DNA of 64,000 bases from Phoronis australis (GCA_002633005.1 NMRA01000064.1:124001-188000); one strand, 5' to 3'. Positions 50,652 through 64,000 are shown, counted from the first letter of the stretch. Numbers and translations are program-made. The notes: generated from the sequence alone by a model not told the origin.

Positions 50652-53600
50652 TTAAACATCAGGAATGGAACGCTCAAACACAGGACTAAGGGTTTCGCGC
50701 GTTCCCAAAATAAATACACGGCGTTCTTCACCACCGGAATCATCCGACGACTCGCTACACGAATAGTTTACATTCATGTTTTTCTTCATCCATTTCTTTA
50801 CTGCTTTCTTTTCAAAGCCCTCCTTTCGCTTCTGCCACTTTGCTACAACTTCCGCTTTCAATTCCTCTTCTCTCTCTTTTTGTAAAGCTTCCATCTCAGC
50901 CTTAAATTCTCTTGCCACAATCGTCAATATAAAAAACTGCCTATCATCCACGGCTGGAGTGGGTATGTGGTCCACCATTCGCAGACACTGGTCACATAGT
51001 CCCAAAGCCCACGCGTGAAACATCGCGGCTCCCGTGCTTAATCGATTCACTTCCTCTTCCGTGTACCTTAACAAGATCTCAAGAGCGCGTGCTGCGATTT
51101 CCGGATGAAGAAATCTTACGCCAAAGAATTTTATGCGCATCAGCAACCCCGGATAGTCGCCCACGCGTACTGTGCAACAACGGTTCCTACAAACCAGCCA
51201 GTCAGATGTTATGTCTTCCGTGTCTCCAAGAATCAATAGCACAGCCTTCATGACATCGTGAACGCATGTAGGGGGACATTTGTAACTCCTAATCTCTAGC
51301 ATCAAAGATCTGTCCAGCTGAAGAATTTTGACCTTTAATTTTTCTACTCTTTCCATAGATTTGAGAATGGCTCTTGCGTTAGCAATTTCAGTCGGCAGCC
51401 ACTTTTCGCCACCCATTCGTATTAAACGATCAAGAGCAACCTTCAATTTTCCACAATCGTGTCCTTTTATGGCACGGGCTATGGCATTCTTTTCGCGAGT
51501 TAGTGCCAGTACATTGTCAGTTTCCTGCAGCAATGAATTATCTGTAGTACCTATGCTTGCTTTATGTTGATGCACAAAATCAGTGTACTTTTGAAGTGCA
51601 CCCTCTACAGTCCTTTCGTTCAACGTTTCGTGGGCTGACAGCAAATTGTCCCTGAGTATCAACTCTCTTTCTTTTACACAATTACTGAATTGAGTAGGAT
51701 CATTTAATATAGCGTTTGCCTTTTCCACGAGACTTATGTGTTCGTCTGTGTCTGAAAGTGATAAGTTACAAAAATTCATATACTCAGCCAACGCCTCCTT
51801 TATTTTGTCTACGTCAGCACTTTCTACTGCTTTCCGCAGACGTTTTGCGCATTCATCTTTCTTTGCTTTATAAATAAATTCTTTGGCTTTCTTAACCATC
51901 CCATCATCGATTTTCAAATTGCACGCATTCATATACTGTGTATAGGCATTTAAGGCCGCAATGATTTCGTCAGCATTAACACCTCTTCCCATTCTCAATA
52001 ATTTTGCCTGAAGCGCCTCAATGGGATCTTTCTTTTCCCACTGCTTTTGACGTAATGTTTGCAGACAGTCATCCACTAATGCCGTATCCAGTAGGCAAAT
52101 CTTTGGATGCGCTTTGCAATAATCTCGGTAGGCTTGCAATCTCTCTCGTATTAACCTGTCATCACCAGCTTCGTTTACTGAGACTAACAACTGTTTTAAC
52201 TGGTCGCCTTCGGCTTTAATACGGTTTATCTCGGCTTCTTTTTTAAGTATCACGTCTTCGGCGCGAGAAACTAGAATTGAATCTAGATCTAACGCGTCCG
52301 CGTGAGCTTTGTGAAACCTCGTGTATCTGTTAAGCTGTTTTCGAACTTCGTCTATTGTAGAACACAACACAGTTATGGCGCGAACTAGACAGTCGCGTAG
52401 AATCTTGAACTTCTTTTCTTCAGGCGTCATTCGATTTCTAAAGGTTGCTTTGCAGCCAAAGACTTCTATTTTTTCATCATTATTTTTCGAAGTGCTTTCC
52501 TCTGTCTGCTTTTTTATTGAATCCGTCAGTGTACTGTCTTCTTTTCCGGGAATTTGTTTTTGTAATAAAAATGCGCCCTTATCATCGAGTTCAGGACCGT
52601 CTCTCAGTTTAATAGGAGTTCTGTTCAGTTCCCTACCGACAGTTTCAAAATGCTCATATTTGACCTTTTGAGTTGTAGCAGCTCCAATTTTTGGCTGACG
52701 CGTCCTTGTTTTCGTACGAGAGTCTTCTTGTGGTTGTTCTTGGCTGTCATGGCCACCGGTAGTAATTCCATCTAGATGCCGCGTTTTCCCAGAAAGTCTT
52801 GTGTGTCTTTGAATCCAGTCTGAGGCCTTTGTAATCAAACTCTTGTCCTTTTTGAATTCTGGTCTATTTTTGTCTAGGAATAACTCATAACTGCGAAGCG
52901 CAGCTTTCACGTTATCAACGGGTGTTCCATCCTTGTCGACCAGTTCTTGCAGTTTTCCTTTCAGACCCTCGTGCTCCAAAGTTTTAGACAACTTAGATAA
53001 AATATTCCTAGAACAATTTATTAGTTGAAAATCTTCTTTTAGTTCGTGCTGCCGATTCCGCCACAAAGAAACGTCTTTTGCAGCAGCCTTTTGCATCTCC
53101 AGCTTATTGGTTTCCCAGAAATGAATGTATTTTGCCAATGCCTCGGTAATTGCGGTTTTGTTTAAATTTCTGTTAGCATTTTGGAGGCGTACCTTCAACT
53201 CTTCTCCTTCACGTACTTGTTGAGAAAGTTTAGAATCTTTCTCGTTGCCTGTCTGTTTTGCATGCGACATTCTTACTACCTTGCTTGGCTTACCTTCTGT
53301 AGTGCCTTGTTTCACAGATTGCGATTTCAGAGTTACCGCTTTACTGCGTTCTTCTTTTCCACGCGCCTCCACAAACTTGTCTTGAGGCTTGGGAACTTCA
53401 CTCCGTACCTTTGATGGAGCGTTGGTCTTTCCGACTCCCTTCATCTTTGAAAGATCCTTATTAACAGTATTTTGTTTTGACTTAACTTGTTCTTTCTTAC
53501 CTAAAGCAACTCCACCTGTCGGATATACCTTCTTTTCATCTTGTATGGAGGCATCACGTGCATGTTTCTGTAACCACGTACTGACCTTGTTGACAAGACG

Positions 53601-56600
53601 CGTATCTTCTCCAAATTTTTTTTGGTGATTTTCAATAAAGTCTTTATATTTTTTCAAAGCTAATACAACTTCTTCAGGTGGAGTAGTATTACGTTTCGTC
53701 AGTTCTTCAAGGGTTGTCCTCAGCGCTTCATGCTCCACACTTAAATGGGACAATGAGTCTTTTACGTCTTCTCTGCCCGCACGCGACGTTGCATCCTTGG
53801 CAAATAATCCCTTAGTCGTCTTAACTTGTTCGCTGTCACCTTTCATAGTGGGTGATGTCACGGTTGCTGTTTTACGATACCCTTCTTGTCTGCTTGAAAT
53901 CAAATTTATGCCTTTAACATTGGAATCATCATTCCCCTCTTCCACCTTACCTTGGTTTTCACCAACTATTGACTTCGGATATGAATTTCTTTCGTCTTTT
54001 TCGAACGCATCCCGTGTATGCTTCTGTAACCAAATCTTGACCTTGTTAATAAGACATTTGTCTTCTTCAAATTTCTTGTGATGTTTGTCTGTAAACGATT
54101 TATATTTTTGCAAGGCTAATTCAACTTCTTTGGGTGGTGTTGCGTGGTTATTTATCAGCTCTTTAAGGGTTGTACCCAGTACCTCGTGTTCGGCACTTAA
54201 TTGGCACATTGTTCCTTTCATCTCTTCACCTCTTCTCGAACGTAAAGCTGCATTCGTTGACACAAAACCCTTGGTCATCTTGGCTTCAGTATCATCCTTC
54301 ATGGTGGGTGACGTCACATTTGCTCCTTTACTTGAGTCCAAATTTATGTCCCTGATCTGGGGCACAATTTTGCCACCCTTTAACATTTCTGGGTCATCAC
54401 CAGGTTGTTTAAACTTATTTTTTTCCTTTCCATCTGAGGCAGCTGCACCTTTTGGGTATGATTTTCTTTCTTCTTGTTCCAAACTGCCACGTGTATGTTT
54501 CTGTAACCACGCTCTGGCTTTATCAACAAGACATCTGTCTTCTCCAAACTGTTTTTGATTTTTTGCAATGAACAATTTATACTTTTGCAGGGCTAATTCA
54601 ACTTCTTTGGGCGAGAAAGCATCGCTCTTGGTCTGTTCTTCAAGGGTTGTCCTCAATGCCTCATACTCAATACGTAAAGGGGATATTGTTCGATTTCCCT
54701 CGTCGAATCTTATCGCACGCGACGCTGCATTCTTTGTCATTAATCCATTAGTCGACTTAGCTTGCTCACATTCATCTTTCATAATGGTTGATTTCATGGT
54801 TGCTCCTTCACGACAACCGTCTTGTCTACTTGAATACAATTTTTTGTCTTTGAGCAGGGGAACGTCTTTGACAACTTTCACTTTTGCGTGATCCTTGCTA
54901 ACTTGTTTTGACTTCACATATTCTTGTTCACATGCAGCAGCTGCACCTTTCAGATATGATTTTCTTTCGTCTTGCCCCAACGCACCACGTGTGTACTTTT
55001 GTAACCACGCCCTAGCCTTATTAACAAGATGCCTGTCTCCTTCAAAAATTTTCTTGTTTTTTTCAATAAATGACTTATATTTTTGCAGCGCAAATTCAAC
55101 TTCTTTCGGTGGGGTATTATTGCTTTTCACAAGTTCTTCCAAGGTTGTCTTCAGCTCTTCATGATCAGCATTTAAATGAGACAATGTTCCCTTTACGTCT
55201 TGATCTTTTACCACACGCAATGCTGCATCCTTTGCCAGGAATACTTTTGGCGGCTTAACCTGGTCATTACCATCCTTCAGAGTGGGTGATTTCATAGTTA
55301 CTGCTTTACGGTGATCGTCTTTTCTGCTTGAATCCAAATTCCTGTCTTTGGCGTCTTTGCCCGCTTTCCCCTTTCCTTTGTCCTCTCTAACTTGTTTTGA
55401 CTTAGCTTTATCTTTTTCATCTGAAGTAGCTCCAAATTTAGAAAATGATTTTCTTTCGTTTTGCCCGGACATACCACGAGTATGTTTCTGTAACCACGAA
55501 TTGACGTTGTCAACAAGTCGACTGTCTTCTCCAAATTGTGTCCGATGTTTGTCAATAAACAATTTATATTTCTGCAGGTTTGATATAACTTCTTTGGGCG
55601 GAGTAGCATCGCGTTTCATTAGTTCTTCAAGGGTTGTCTTCAATGTCTCGTGCTCCACTCCTAAAACAGACACCCTTTCCTCCGTTTTTTTACCTCTTAA
55701 TGCATTCGAAGGTGCACCTCTTGTCACTAGACCATTAGCTAACTTATTTTTTTCACTGCCATCTTTCACAGTGAGTGATTTTACACTTGCTGTGTTACGG
55801 TGCCCTTCGTGTCTTTTTGAATCCGAATATTTTTCTTTGACCTCGGGAGGTTCTTTGGCTACCTTCATCTTTGTTAAGTGTCCATTAGCTTGTTTAGACT
55901 TTACTTTTTCTTCTTCATTTGAAGCAGCTGCACCTCTCAGATATGACTTTCTTTCGCCTTGTCCTAACGTACCACGTGTATGCTTCTGTAACCACGCCCT
56001 GACCTTGTTAAGAAGAAATCTGTCTTCTTCAAGCTCTTTTTCGTGTTTTTCAATCAACACCATATATTTTTGCAGGGCTTCTTCAACTTCTTTTGGTGAT
56101 GTAGCATCGCTTTTTGTTAACTTTCCTAAAGTTTTCTTGAGTGCCTCATGATCGACAGCTGACTGGGAAACTTTTTCTTTCACCTCCTCTTGTTCCTCAA
56201 TGGCTTGGTGCTCCTCTTTTCTGTTTTCTATCTTAGTTCTGCCTTTGATCGTAGGAGCTTGGGAGCATTTATTCGAATCGTTGTACCACCCTTTGCTTAC
56301 TGTCATCTTTATATAATCCTCGCTAACTTGGTTTGATCTAACCTTTTCTTTTTCCACTGAAGCCGTTGCATCCTCTGGAAATGATTCTCGGTCGTCTTGC
56401 ATCGACGTATCGCTCGAATGTTTGTGTAACCACGCCTTGACCTTTTCAATAAGAAACTTGTGTTCTTCAAACTTCTCCAGGTGCTTTGCAATAAATGTCT
56501 TATACTTTTTCAAAGCTTTTTGTACATCTTGGGGAGGCGTAGCGTCGTCATTCGTCAGTTCCTCAAGGGTCGTCTTCAGTACCTCGTGCTCGAAGGTTGA

Positions 56601-59600
56601 CTGGGACAGTGTTTTGAATAAAAGTCTTTTAGAACGAGCTACAAGAGCAAAGTCTTCCTCAAGTTCGTTTTTATAATCCTCCCACGACATCCCTTGCCTT
56701 GAAGCCGCTTGTTGCATAACTAATTTATTTTTGTCCCTGAAGTTGAGATACTGTGTCAACGCTACAGTTATAGCGGATTCATCTCGTTCGTTGTTTGCCT
56801 TCTCTACCTTCGCCATTAATTCTTTGTTTTGGTCCATTATCTGCTGAACACTGAAATCATCAAAAATCTCATCCATTCGTACATTTTTAGTCTGTGGGTC
56901 ATTTACTTGTAGTAACGACTTCACCTGTCCCTGTGCTAAGCTATGAACAGGGTTTTGAATCCAAGCTGTGACCTTTTCAACCAGATCGGCATCTTCTTTA
57001 AACCCCCCTTTGTGTTTTTGAATGAAGTATTTGTATTTTTGCAGCTGAAATGTAACTTCGTCGACTGATGGTGTGCTATTTTTGATCAAGTCCCGAAGAT
57101 TTAGCTCCAGTGAAAGTTTAGATTTTACTCCAGACAAAAAGTTGTTTGACAGAGCTACTAACCCGGCATCTTCCCTAAGATCGTTGTTTTGAAATGCGCC
57201 TGACGAAGCATCCAACTGATGCAGAGTCGCCTTGTTCTGTTTATAGAAGCTGAGATACTGCTCTAGAGCGTCAGCAATAGAAGCTTCATTTTGTTCCTTA
57301 TTAGCTTTCTCCAGGTTAAGCTTCAGATATTTCCCGTGCTCTATAAGGTGAGCAACATTGGTATCATCGGTTGTACGTTCTGTTTCTTTTTGTAGCGATT
57401 GCGTTTGGTTGTCCTTAACGCAATTAAAGTGATACGGCAAGGTTGATTCACTAACTATTGGGTCACCCACTTCTCTTGAAATAGATGTCATGTCGGGGAC
57501 TGTCGCGTTCTCTTTTAAGTCAGCAACTCTCCAGGGGACTGCTTTATACTCCGCTATTCTAGGTGTAAAGTCGTCACTTTGTTTCCCCCTCTCATCTTGC
57601 CTGGAATCATATTTTGTTTTGGTGACAGTTTGAAGATCAAAATCCCCAATATCAGTTGTTATGTTCAAATCCTCTCTGTAATGAGATGTTATTTCATTGT
57701 CATCTATTTTGTCTAAACATTCTTCACGCTGCTGAGCCAACTCCTCATCTTTTTTGATCGACTTGCCACTTGTGTGCCTGTGAATCCATTGCGTCGCGTG
57801 TTCCATAAGATCGACATCTCCTTCAAACTGATCTTTGTGTTGGGCAATAAACGATTGGTATTTCTTCAAAGCTAGCCTGACCTTTTCAATGGTCGTGTTG
57901 TCATCATCTAGTTCGTTTTGGAGATTCACTTCAAGTGTTAATCTAAGTTTTAACGCTGACAGAAGCCTTTTCGAACGCATCACAAGCTCTGAATCTAGTT
58001 CAAGTTCTTCGTTACAGAATTCACTGCCTTGTTCAGGCTTCCTTTTGGTGAGCTGCCAGAAATTGAGATACTCTAGAAGAGCTATATTGATAGCCAGTTC
58101 ATCTAAATCGCTGTTGGCTTTCATGAGGTTCTTTCTAAGTTGCTTCCTTTGAGCTACCAGTTGGTGAAGTTGAAGATCAGTAAATGGTCGCGTGCTCTCA
58201 TCCAACGGCCACTCGTCCTGCGACAGTTGCAAGCTTGAAGCTATGGTGGCAGAAATTTTTTTATTAATATCTTGGTCACCTGCGCATTTTGTTTCCTTCA
58301 ATTTTTCATGATGCTGTGCACTGCTTATTTCATTGCTGTTTATTGCCTCTGCGTCATTCACATGCAGATAGGGTTCTTGACTGGTCTTAACATCCATGAC
58401 ATCGATTTCCGACCGACTTTTGATATTTGACTTACACGAATCAAGAAGCTCTTCCTCTCTTGCTTCACCATCTTGACCTTTTGTACCTACTTCTGTTTGA
58501 AGCTCGTTTTTGTCACCTTCTGTACCTCCATTCTGGAGACATAATTCAAACTCATTAAGTGATTGTGCAAACGCCCTTTCAGAATGATTTTCAATCCACT
58601 GGGTGACTATTTGTAAAAGCGATTCGTCTTTTATAAACTCTCCTTTGTGTTTCGAAATAAATTTGTTGTATTTCTGCAAAGTCGTCTCCACTTCAGAAAC
58701 AGGGTTGTCGTCGATCTCCACGAGTTCACGTAGCTGTGACTTCAGCAGAGAATGTTGCTTACTGATGGTTGATTCCAATTTATTGAGTATGTCCTTCGTC
58801 ACTTTAATGAGGCTGGCGTCTTCTTCAAAACAATGACGTTGCTCCAGCCAATTGATGCCTTCCTTTACAGCCATATCTTGCATATCCATTTTGTTTTCTT
58901 CCCAGAATTTGCAATACTGTTTCAAAGCATCAGTGATAGCACAACAGTCTAGTTCACCGTTGGCTTTTTCGAGTATCTCCTTCTGATGATTTCCTTGTTC
59001 CATGAGATTTGAAAGTTTGGTCTTGCAGAGAAACGCCCCCGTTTGGTCAAGCAACGTTTGAACATTTCTATGGCTCTCCACGTGCATTTTGTGTTTCTCC
59101 AGACAAGCCTCTATCTTGTCCGCCTGTCTCGAAGAATGTGCCGCCTGCAGTTCCTGGACAAGACCGGCGTTGGTTCTTAAAACAGTTTCCAAAGCAGATT
59201 CTGGCGCTGATGTTACTTTCTCCCTCATTTTACGTTGGTGCATATACCAGACGTATACAAAAGTGCCCCCCAGCAGACACAGGCCGACAGTACCAACAAC
59301 AACCACGGCGATTATGGTCCCCGATTCACTGGCTGTAAAAATTACGAGATATTTTAACTGTAAGTAAAAAAATGTGTCTTATATTTTTATTATGAGCTTC
59401 AAGTAATTAAGCAAAGTTTATTGTTGTAGCCAATGCTCAAGTGGAGTGTTGGATCTAGAGCGGTCCAATCACAACTTTCGAAGGAAAATGTTTGCATGTT
59501 GACGCGGGTGGAGCTCTTTGGTCATGTCTGGAGTGGCCCTAAGTCCGCCTATGACATGCTTGTTACAATGCATCGAGCTGTCGGCTGCAATTGAATACAA

Positions 59601-60158
59601 CTGTGTTTCACGCGCAAAAATAAATTGCGGTTCGACTCACGTTCGGTGAATAAGACGGTACAATTTCAAATTAAAACGATTTTTATGAATAATGATCTTT
59701 GATCCCTATACAAAAAACCAAAAGCCAAGTGTCCTTGCACAAAAAGTTCGTCGAAAATGATCACTGGAAATTTTTAGGACCCCGGAAAAGCCGAGGTCGT
59801 GAGACCACAAGACCGCATTATTTTCTCGATTAAAAATAAATGCGTGTGCTGAAAAATTTAGCTTTTTATGAATTTTCCCATATCTTGGGTAGTTTCCTTT
59901 TCAAACAATTTAAAATCAATACAAGAATTGGACAAAAAACTCGTGCAATAATGACCGTTGTGAAAAAGTTCAGTTCAGTCCAATGCCTTGGCAACTGCCA
60001 AACTTTCACGTTATTTTTTAAACTATAAAAATATAGGACAGTTAATTTTAGTTCATCCCATCTTCGATAAATCCAGTTAATTCTGAATTTTGCGTCTCAC
60101 CTGCTTGTGTTGTTGCTACAGGGGTCGCTGTACCATTCAACGGGCTCTCACCTGCCAT
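50652..60158 (-). CDS. Giant single-pass membrane protein (~2912 aa) with tandem helical repeats and a C-terminal dynein-MTBD-like domain
   Basis: Small exon 60158-60101 (gccATGg; MAGESPLNGTATPVATTQA, donor GTGAGA) splices in phase 1 to an 8.7-kb exon 59332-50652. TM segment IIAVVVVGTVGLCLLGGTFVYVWYM is followed by HQRKMREK. About 23 three-helix repeats; C-terminal LDRSLMLEIRSYKCPPTCVHDVMKAVLLILG...W...EVNRLSTGAAMFHAW. Confidence 0.85.
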
Positions 60159-63100
60159 GGCAACTAAGCAAATAAAAATGAAATCTATTGTCAACTATGT
60201 GCAATAAAGGGTGATAAAGGTACATTACAGGTTTTACAGCCAAAATAATGCATTTTGTAGGTCATTTCTAGATAGTATATATTTCTTAAAGTTATTAACT
60301 TTGGTAAGAGCTTTAAAACAAACAGAATCCATTGCGTATTTCCAATTTTGTTACAAGACGCCAACTCTCGCTGTTATTTGACAGACATTCGCTGTGTTTG
60401 CCATTTTAAAACACGCTTGAAATACTCTACTATTTAAGGCGTGGCATTTCATTCAATGCAGAGTTTTCAGCTGCTACTGAGGTTCTGGTGGGTTTAGATC
60501 GGCAGCACAGAGCACTTAGTATAGATGAAAGACGTTCCATCATATGACCACAGGAGCACTGAGAGTGCACCCCAGTATGCACAGAAATGGATGTCTGCTG
60601 CTGTCTGCATTCTGGGGTGGCCGGGTGCTAAAATTGACCTAGATTAGACATTCAAAGTACCGGCTAAAAGTGATTTAAAATGACCAATCATGCCGCATTC
60701 AGCACTGAATGACCCATGACAGATAAATTGCACTCTAGATAGGGTCCGTCAAGAAGCCAAAAGGACCCCAAAATTGACCTCTGGGATGCCGACCTACTTC
60801 GATTGCGCGCTACTGCTAAATCTTGTGACATTACTTTTGTCACCAAGAATGTTTACTTTTACCTTTTTAGGCATTTACGACACGTTAGGCTAAACAGAAA
60901 TAACGTAACGCAGTTTAACTGCATAAACGGTCACGGTTTCGTTCGTGAATTTCTGTTATATCCATGAATGCAAGAATTTTACTTCGAGCTAAACTATGAC
61001 TTGATGGTATGCACTTCGGAACATGCCCTTATCAAATCCATGACATGTTGAAAGTGTGTTATTTAGAAAATTGTTTTACCTAAAAATGTTCATGGTGTTG
61101 CAGTTCATTTCATGAGTAATTCTTGTCAGAAATGCTGCGGAAAGTCTAATAAGACAGATTCAAAAAGACCTCATTACATAAAAAATTCCAACAATGAAAA
61201 ATAAGAAGACACGCTCAAGTAGCTCTAACTCTTCATACTGGACTTTGGTGGGCACGCCAGAGTGACCTGCCTCCACCCTGGACCCAAAACTGATTTTTGA
61301 GGTGACGCAAATATTTGCCTTTCCGAAATTGTGGTTCACTCTAGCACCCACGGATCTAGGGTTTTGTAAGGCGTGGGGCAACCGTAATTTTTTCAATGTA
61401 ACCCTAAAACTGATGTCGTTTTGGTCGTGTCTTGGAGGTAGATGCCCTTGGACTTAATCCTAGATCCGTCTTGACTTCAAGCAACTGAGATCAGTTCAGG
61501 TTAATTAGAATAATCCATATTTACGCTGAAAACCAGTCATAAAACTGAACATATCTCTACACCATTTACCAAATACAATTAATAATTACGAAAACTCGAA
61601 AAAAGAAAAAATCGAATCGAGAGCAATAAAAACTAACTAGTGCCCCCTTTTAAATAATTCGAAGCTACGTAACTGTTGGATATAATGCACGGAAACCATG
61701 GGTGCCTAACCAGCTTTTGTACTGGGGAGCGAATTTTATTGTACGCTCCAGGAATTCCAAAAATAAGCGCGGGCGCACTTTTGAAAACGCTGGAAAATAC
61801 ATCATCAAACAGATCGCGATAACACCGCCTGGTTGCAAATATGTTTCTGAAGGCGACATAATGTTTAAGCGAAAGAGTAGCTAAAACAGCATGCTAACTT
61901 TATGACTGACTTTGCGTCAACGAAACCTTGTTTTTGGCTGACAATCTCTAAACATTTTTCATTTGCATTCTACAAACCCTGAGAATTATTGGCTCCAAAT
62001 TTTATGCCGTAGCTTACGCTTATAAATTTACCCAAACAGAGGGCCATGGGGGCTGTTTGTGGAAATTCACGGTATAATTAGATCCACTGGCACTTGAGGT
62101 TATCTGTTCCTCAATCACCACTGACATCACTCACAACTAATAAAACAAAAAGGTTGGACACTAAAAATCGGTTTGCTTAGAATTTTTTACTCAAATGTTT
62201 ATCGAACAAATCCAGTCTTTGAACACCTTCTTTCACTTGATTACATCAAATTGCCTTGAAGTGGTGATTTGACGACAACAATGTCAAAACATCACTAATT
62301 CAAGGAGGCTATTTTGTGACCTTCATGGCAGACGCCCTTCGCCCACATCGGATTTTTCATAGATGTCCCCGAAGCAATTCCAGGGCTTCGTTTTCGCGCG
62401 CCCACGAATGTTATTTGAGTGCCCTCCACATAATCTAGTTAGTGTCAGTTTGAATGGTTTTGTAAAATAACGTTGTCTATAACCGAAGAACCATGGGTTG
62501 CTGCCTACTAACTTACTGCGAAATCCGGCAGTTGCCGATAGATGATTTCCTGCGACTAAACGTGCCGTCGGACATTGGAAATCTCACGCCAACAGCCGAT
62601 TGTTTGTTGTGCTTCAACCAAGAGTAGCACATAATGTCAAGATCAAACACAAGATACGCCACTTCTTGTAATTAAATTCTAGCTTAGGTGATGAAATGAG
62701 CTATAAGACATAAGTGAAAGGCTAAGTAACCTCAATCATTTAAATTGGGAACAAATGTCTTGATTTTGACGTAGGGGTGGCTTGCTCTATATCGAAATTT
62801 TTTCTTCGACACGGTACAAGTTAAAGCACAACTAAAATCCGCCACGTTAAAACTATTTAGTCTCCTTGAGTTCAGTTTTCTGTTTATGGAAATTCCGTCA
62901 CCAGTTCACTACTCACAAGGACAATTTAATGGAATCGGGGGCAGATAAGGCTTCGGAGGTTTGTGTAATACCAGACAGAGGGAAGGAAGTGCACTCAGAT
63001 TTCTTTTGGATTTGGGACAGTTGAGGCTGGGAGCCTATGCTATGCAAAGTTTTAGTGTCCAAATTTTATGTTTCTTATGTGGTTTTGAGTCATTGGGATA

Positions 63101-63866
63101 TTCGTCTGCCTGTGTAAACCTTTGACACTCTCCGACATTCGTCATCAAATCTCTCTCCCTGACGGTCGCCAATTAGTCCAATCCTCACTTGTCATCCATT
63201 AATCCCTGGTTCAGTAAATAAACAGTGTAAGGACATTCATAAAACATCGTTTACATACCAATCCATGCAGTGAGAAGTTCCAAAAACTTATTTCCATATC
63301 CAAATAATGGTTCAAAAATGTTATTATACACGTGTGCATTGTAAGTTTGACGCGCGTCTTCGACATTTTTGTCGCGTGATCAAGTAAAAGCGAAGTCTGG
63401 CGCACATTATACAGAAGCCCTGATGATATAAATCTTTCCATGTCGCCAACCAAGAGAAGGGCTTCATGAAAACTAAAATGCAGTAAGGTTTCATCATCAT
63501 CATCATCACCACCACCACCATCACCATGACCATCATCATACGATCATCATCATCATAATCACGGCATGCAGAAAAAGAAAGAACGTCACTTTTATTTTAC
63601 ATGGTCATATAAAACAAACAAACAAACAATGTGCAAATCGATATGTTAATTATTTCTGGTCAATTAAAACATACCCAATCAACAGAAGACATCTTTAATA
63701 CAAAAGCGAACCGTTGCCTTGAATTCTATAATCTTGAGACATTTTAATTGAATCTTGATTACTCGTCATGCGCTCCTCAGCAGATTATAAGAACAACATC
63801 TAACAAAAACAAGAATGTACAACAGTAATCGCTGACGCTCCTGGGACCAACCTTTTGTCAGTAGCT

Positions 63867-64000
63867 CTAGCCAAGAAGTTGATCATCAGGTATGAAACGT
63901 TCAAATACAGTATTAAGGGTCACGCGCGTTCCCAAAATAAATAAATTGCGTTCTTCACCACCGGAATCATCCGACGACTCGCTACACGAATAGTTTGCAT
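63867..64000 (-). CDS. C-terminus of a tandem paralog of the giant membrane protein (partial; continues right of the window)
   Basis: ANYSCSESSDDSGGEERNLFILGTRVTLNTVFERFIPDDQLLG* versus VNYSCSESSDDSGGEERRVFILGTRETLSPVFERSIPDV*. The downstream non-coding region 63565-63840 also aligns with 50365-50645. Confidence 0.85.
   Translation of the reverse strand, partial: ANYSCSESSDDSGGEERNLFILGTRVTLNTVFERFIPDDQLLG

Noticed and set aside
50652-51340. Calling the giant gene a dynein heavy chain
   Set aside because: No Walker A/B AAA+ modules or dynein tail; only the MTBD-like segment is similar.
50776-59367. Numerous plus-strand ORFs opposite the giant gene (e.g. 55348-56151)
   Set aside because: Antisense shadows of the long repetitive coding exon; F/L/S-rich with no independent gene signals.

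Overview
Eukaryotic (animal, AT-rich, probably marine invertebrate by inference) genomic DNA with GT-AG introns, two long N-gaps and two single Ns. Genes, left to right: (1) the first coding exon of a minus-strand, probably N-myristoylated ankyrin-repeat gene, head-to-head with (2) a complete USP36 deubiquitinase gene (15 coding exons, 1126 aa, +); (3, 4) two uncharacterised + strand genes, the second with 8 phase-consistent exons; (5) a minus-strand coiled-coil/death-domain gene; (6) a minus-strand giant gene (~2912 aa) with a single N-terminal TM helix, ~23 helical repeats and a C-terminal domain resembling the dynein microtubule-binding domain; (7) the 3' end of a tandem paralog of that giant gene at the right edge. 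Mobile DNA includes a complete 593-bp miniature LTR retroelement whose LTRs carry a tRNA-like Pol III promoter (PBS, PPT and 4-bp TSD present) plus its solo LTR, a foldback MITE, a 5'-truncated L1/Tx1-type LINE with a 16-bp TSD, an internally deleted Kolobok-type transposon and a hAT remnant. All gene models were built by eye from splice signals and reading-frame phase; no searches were run.
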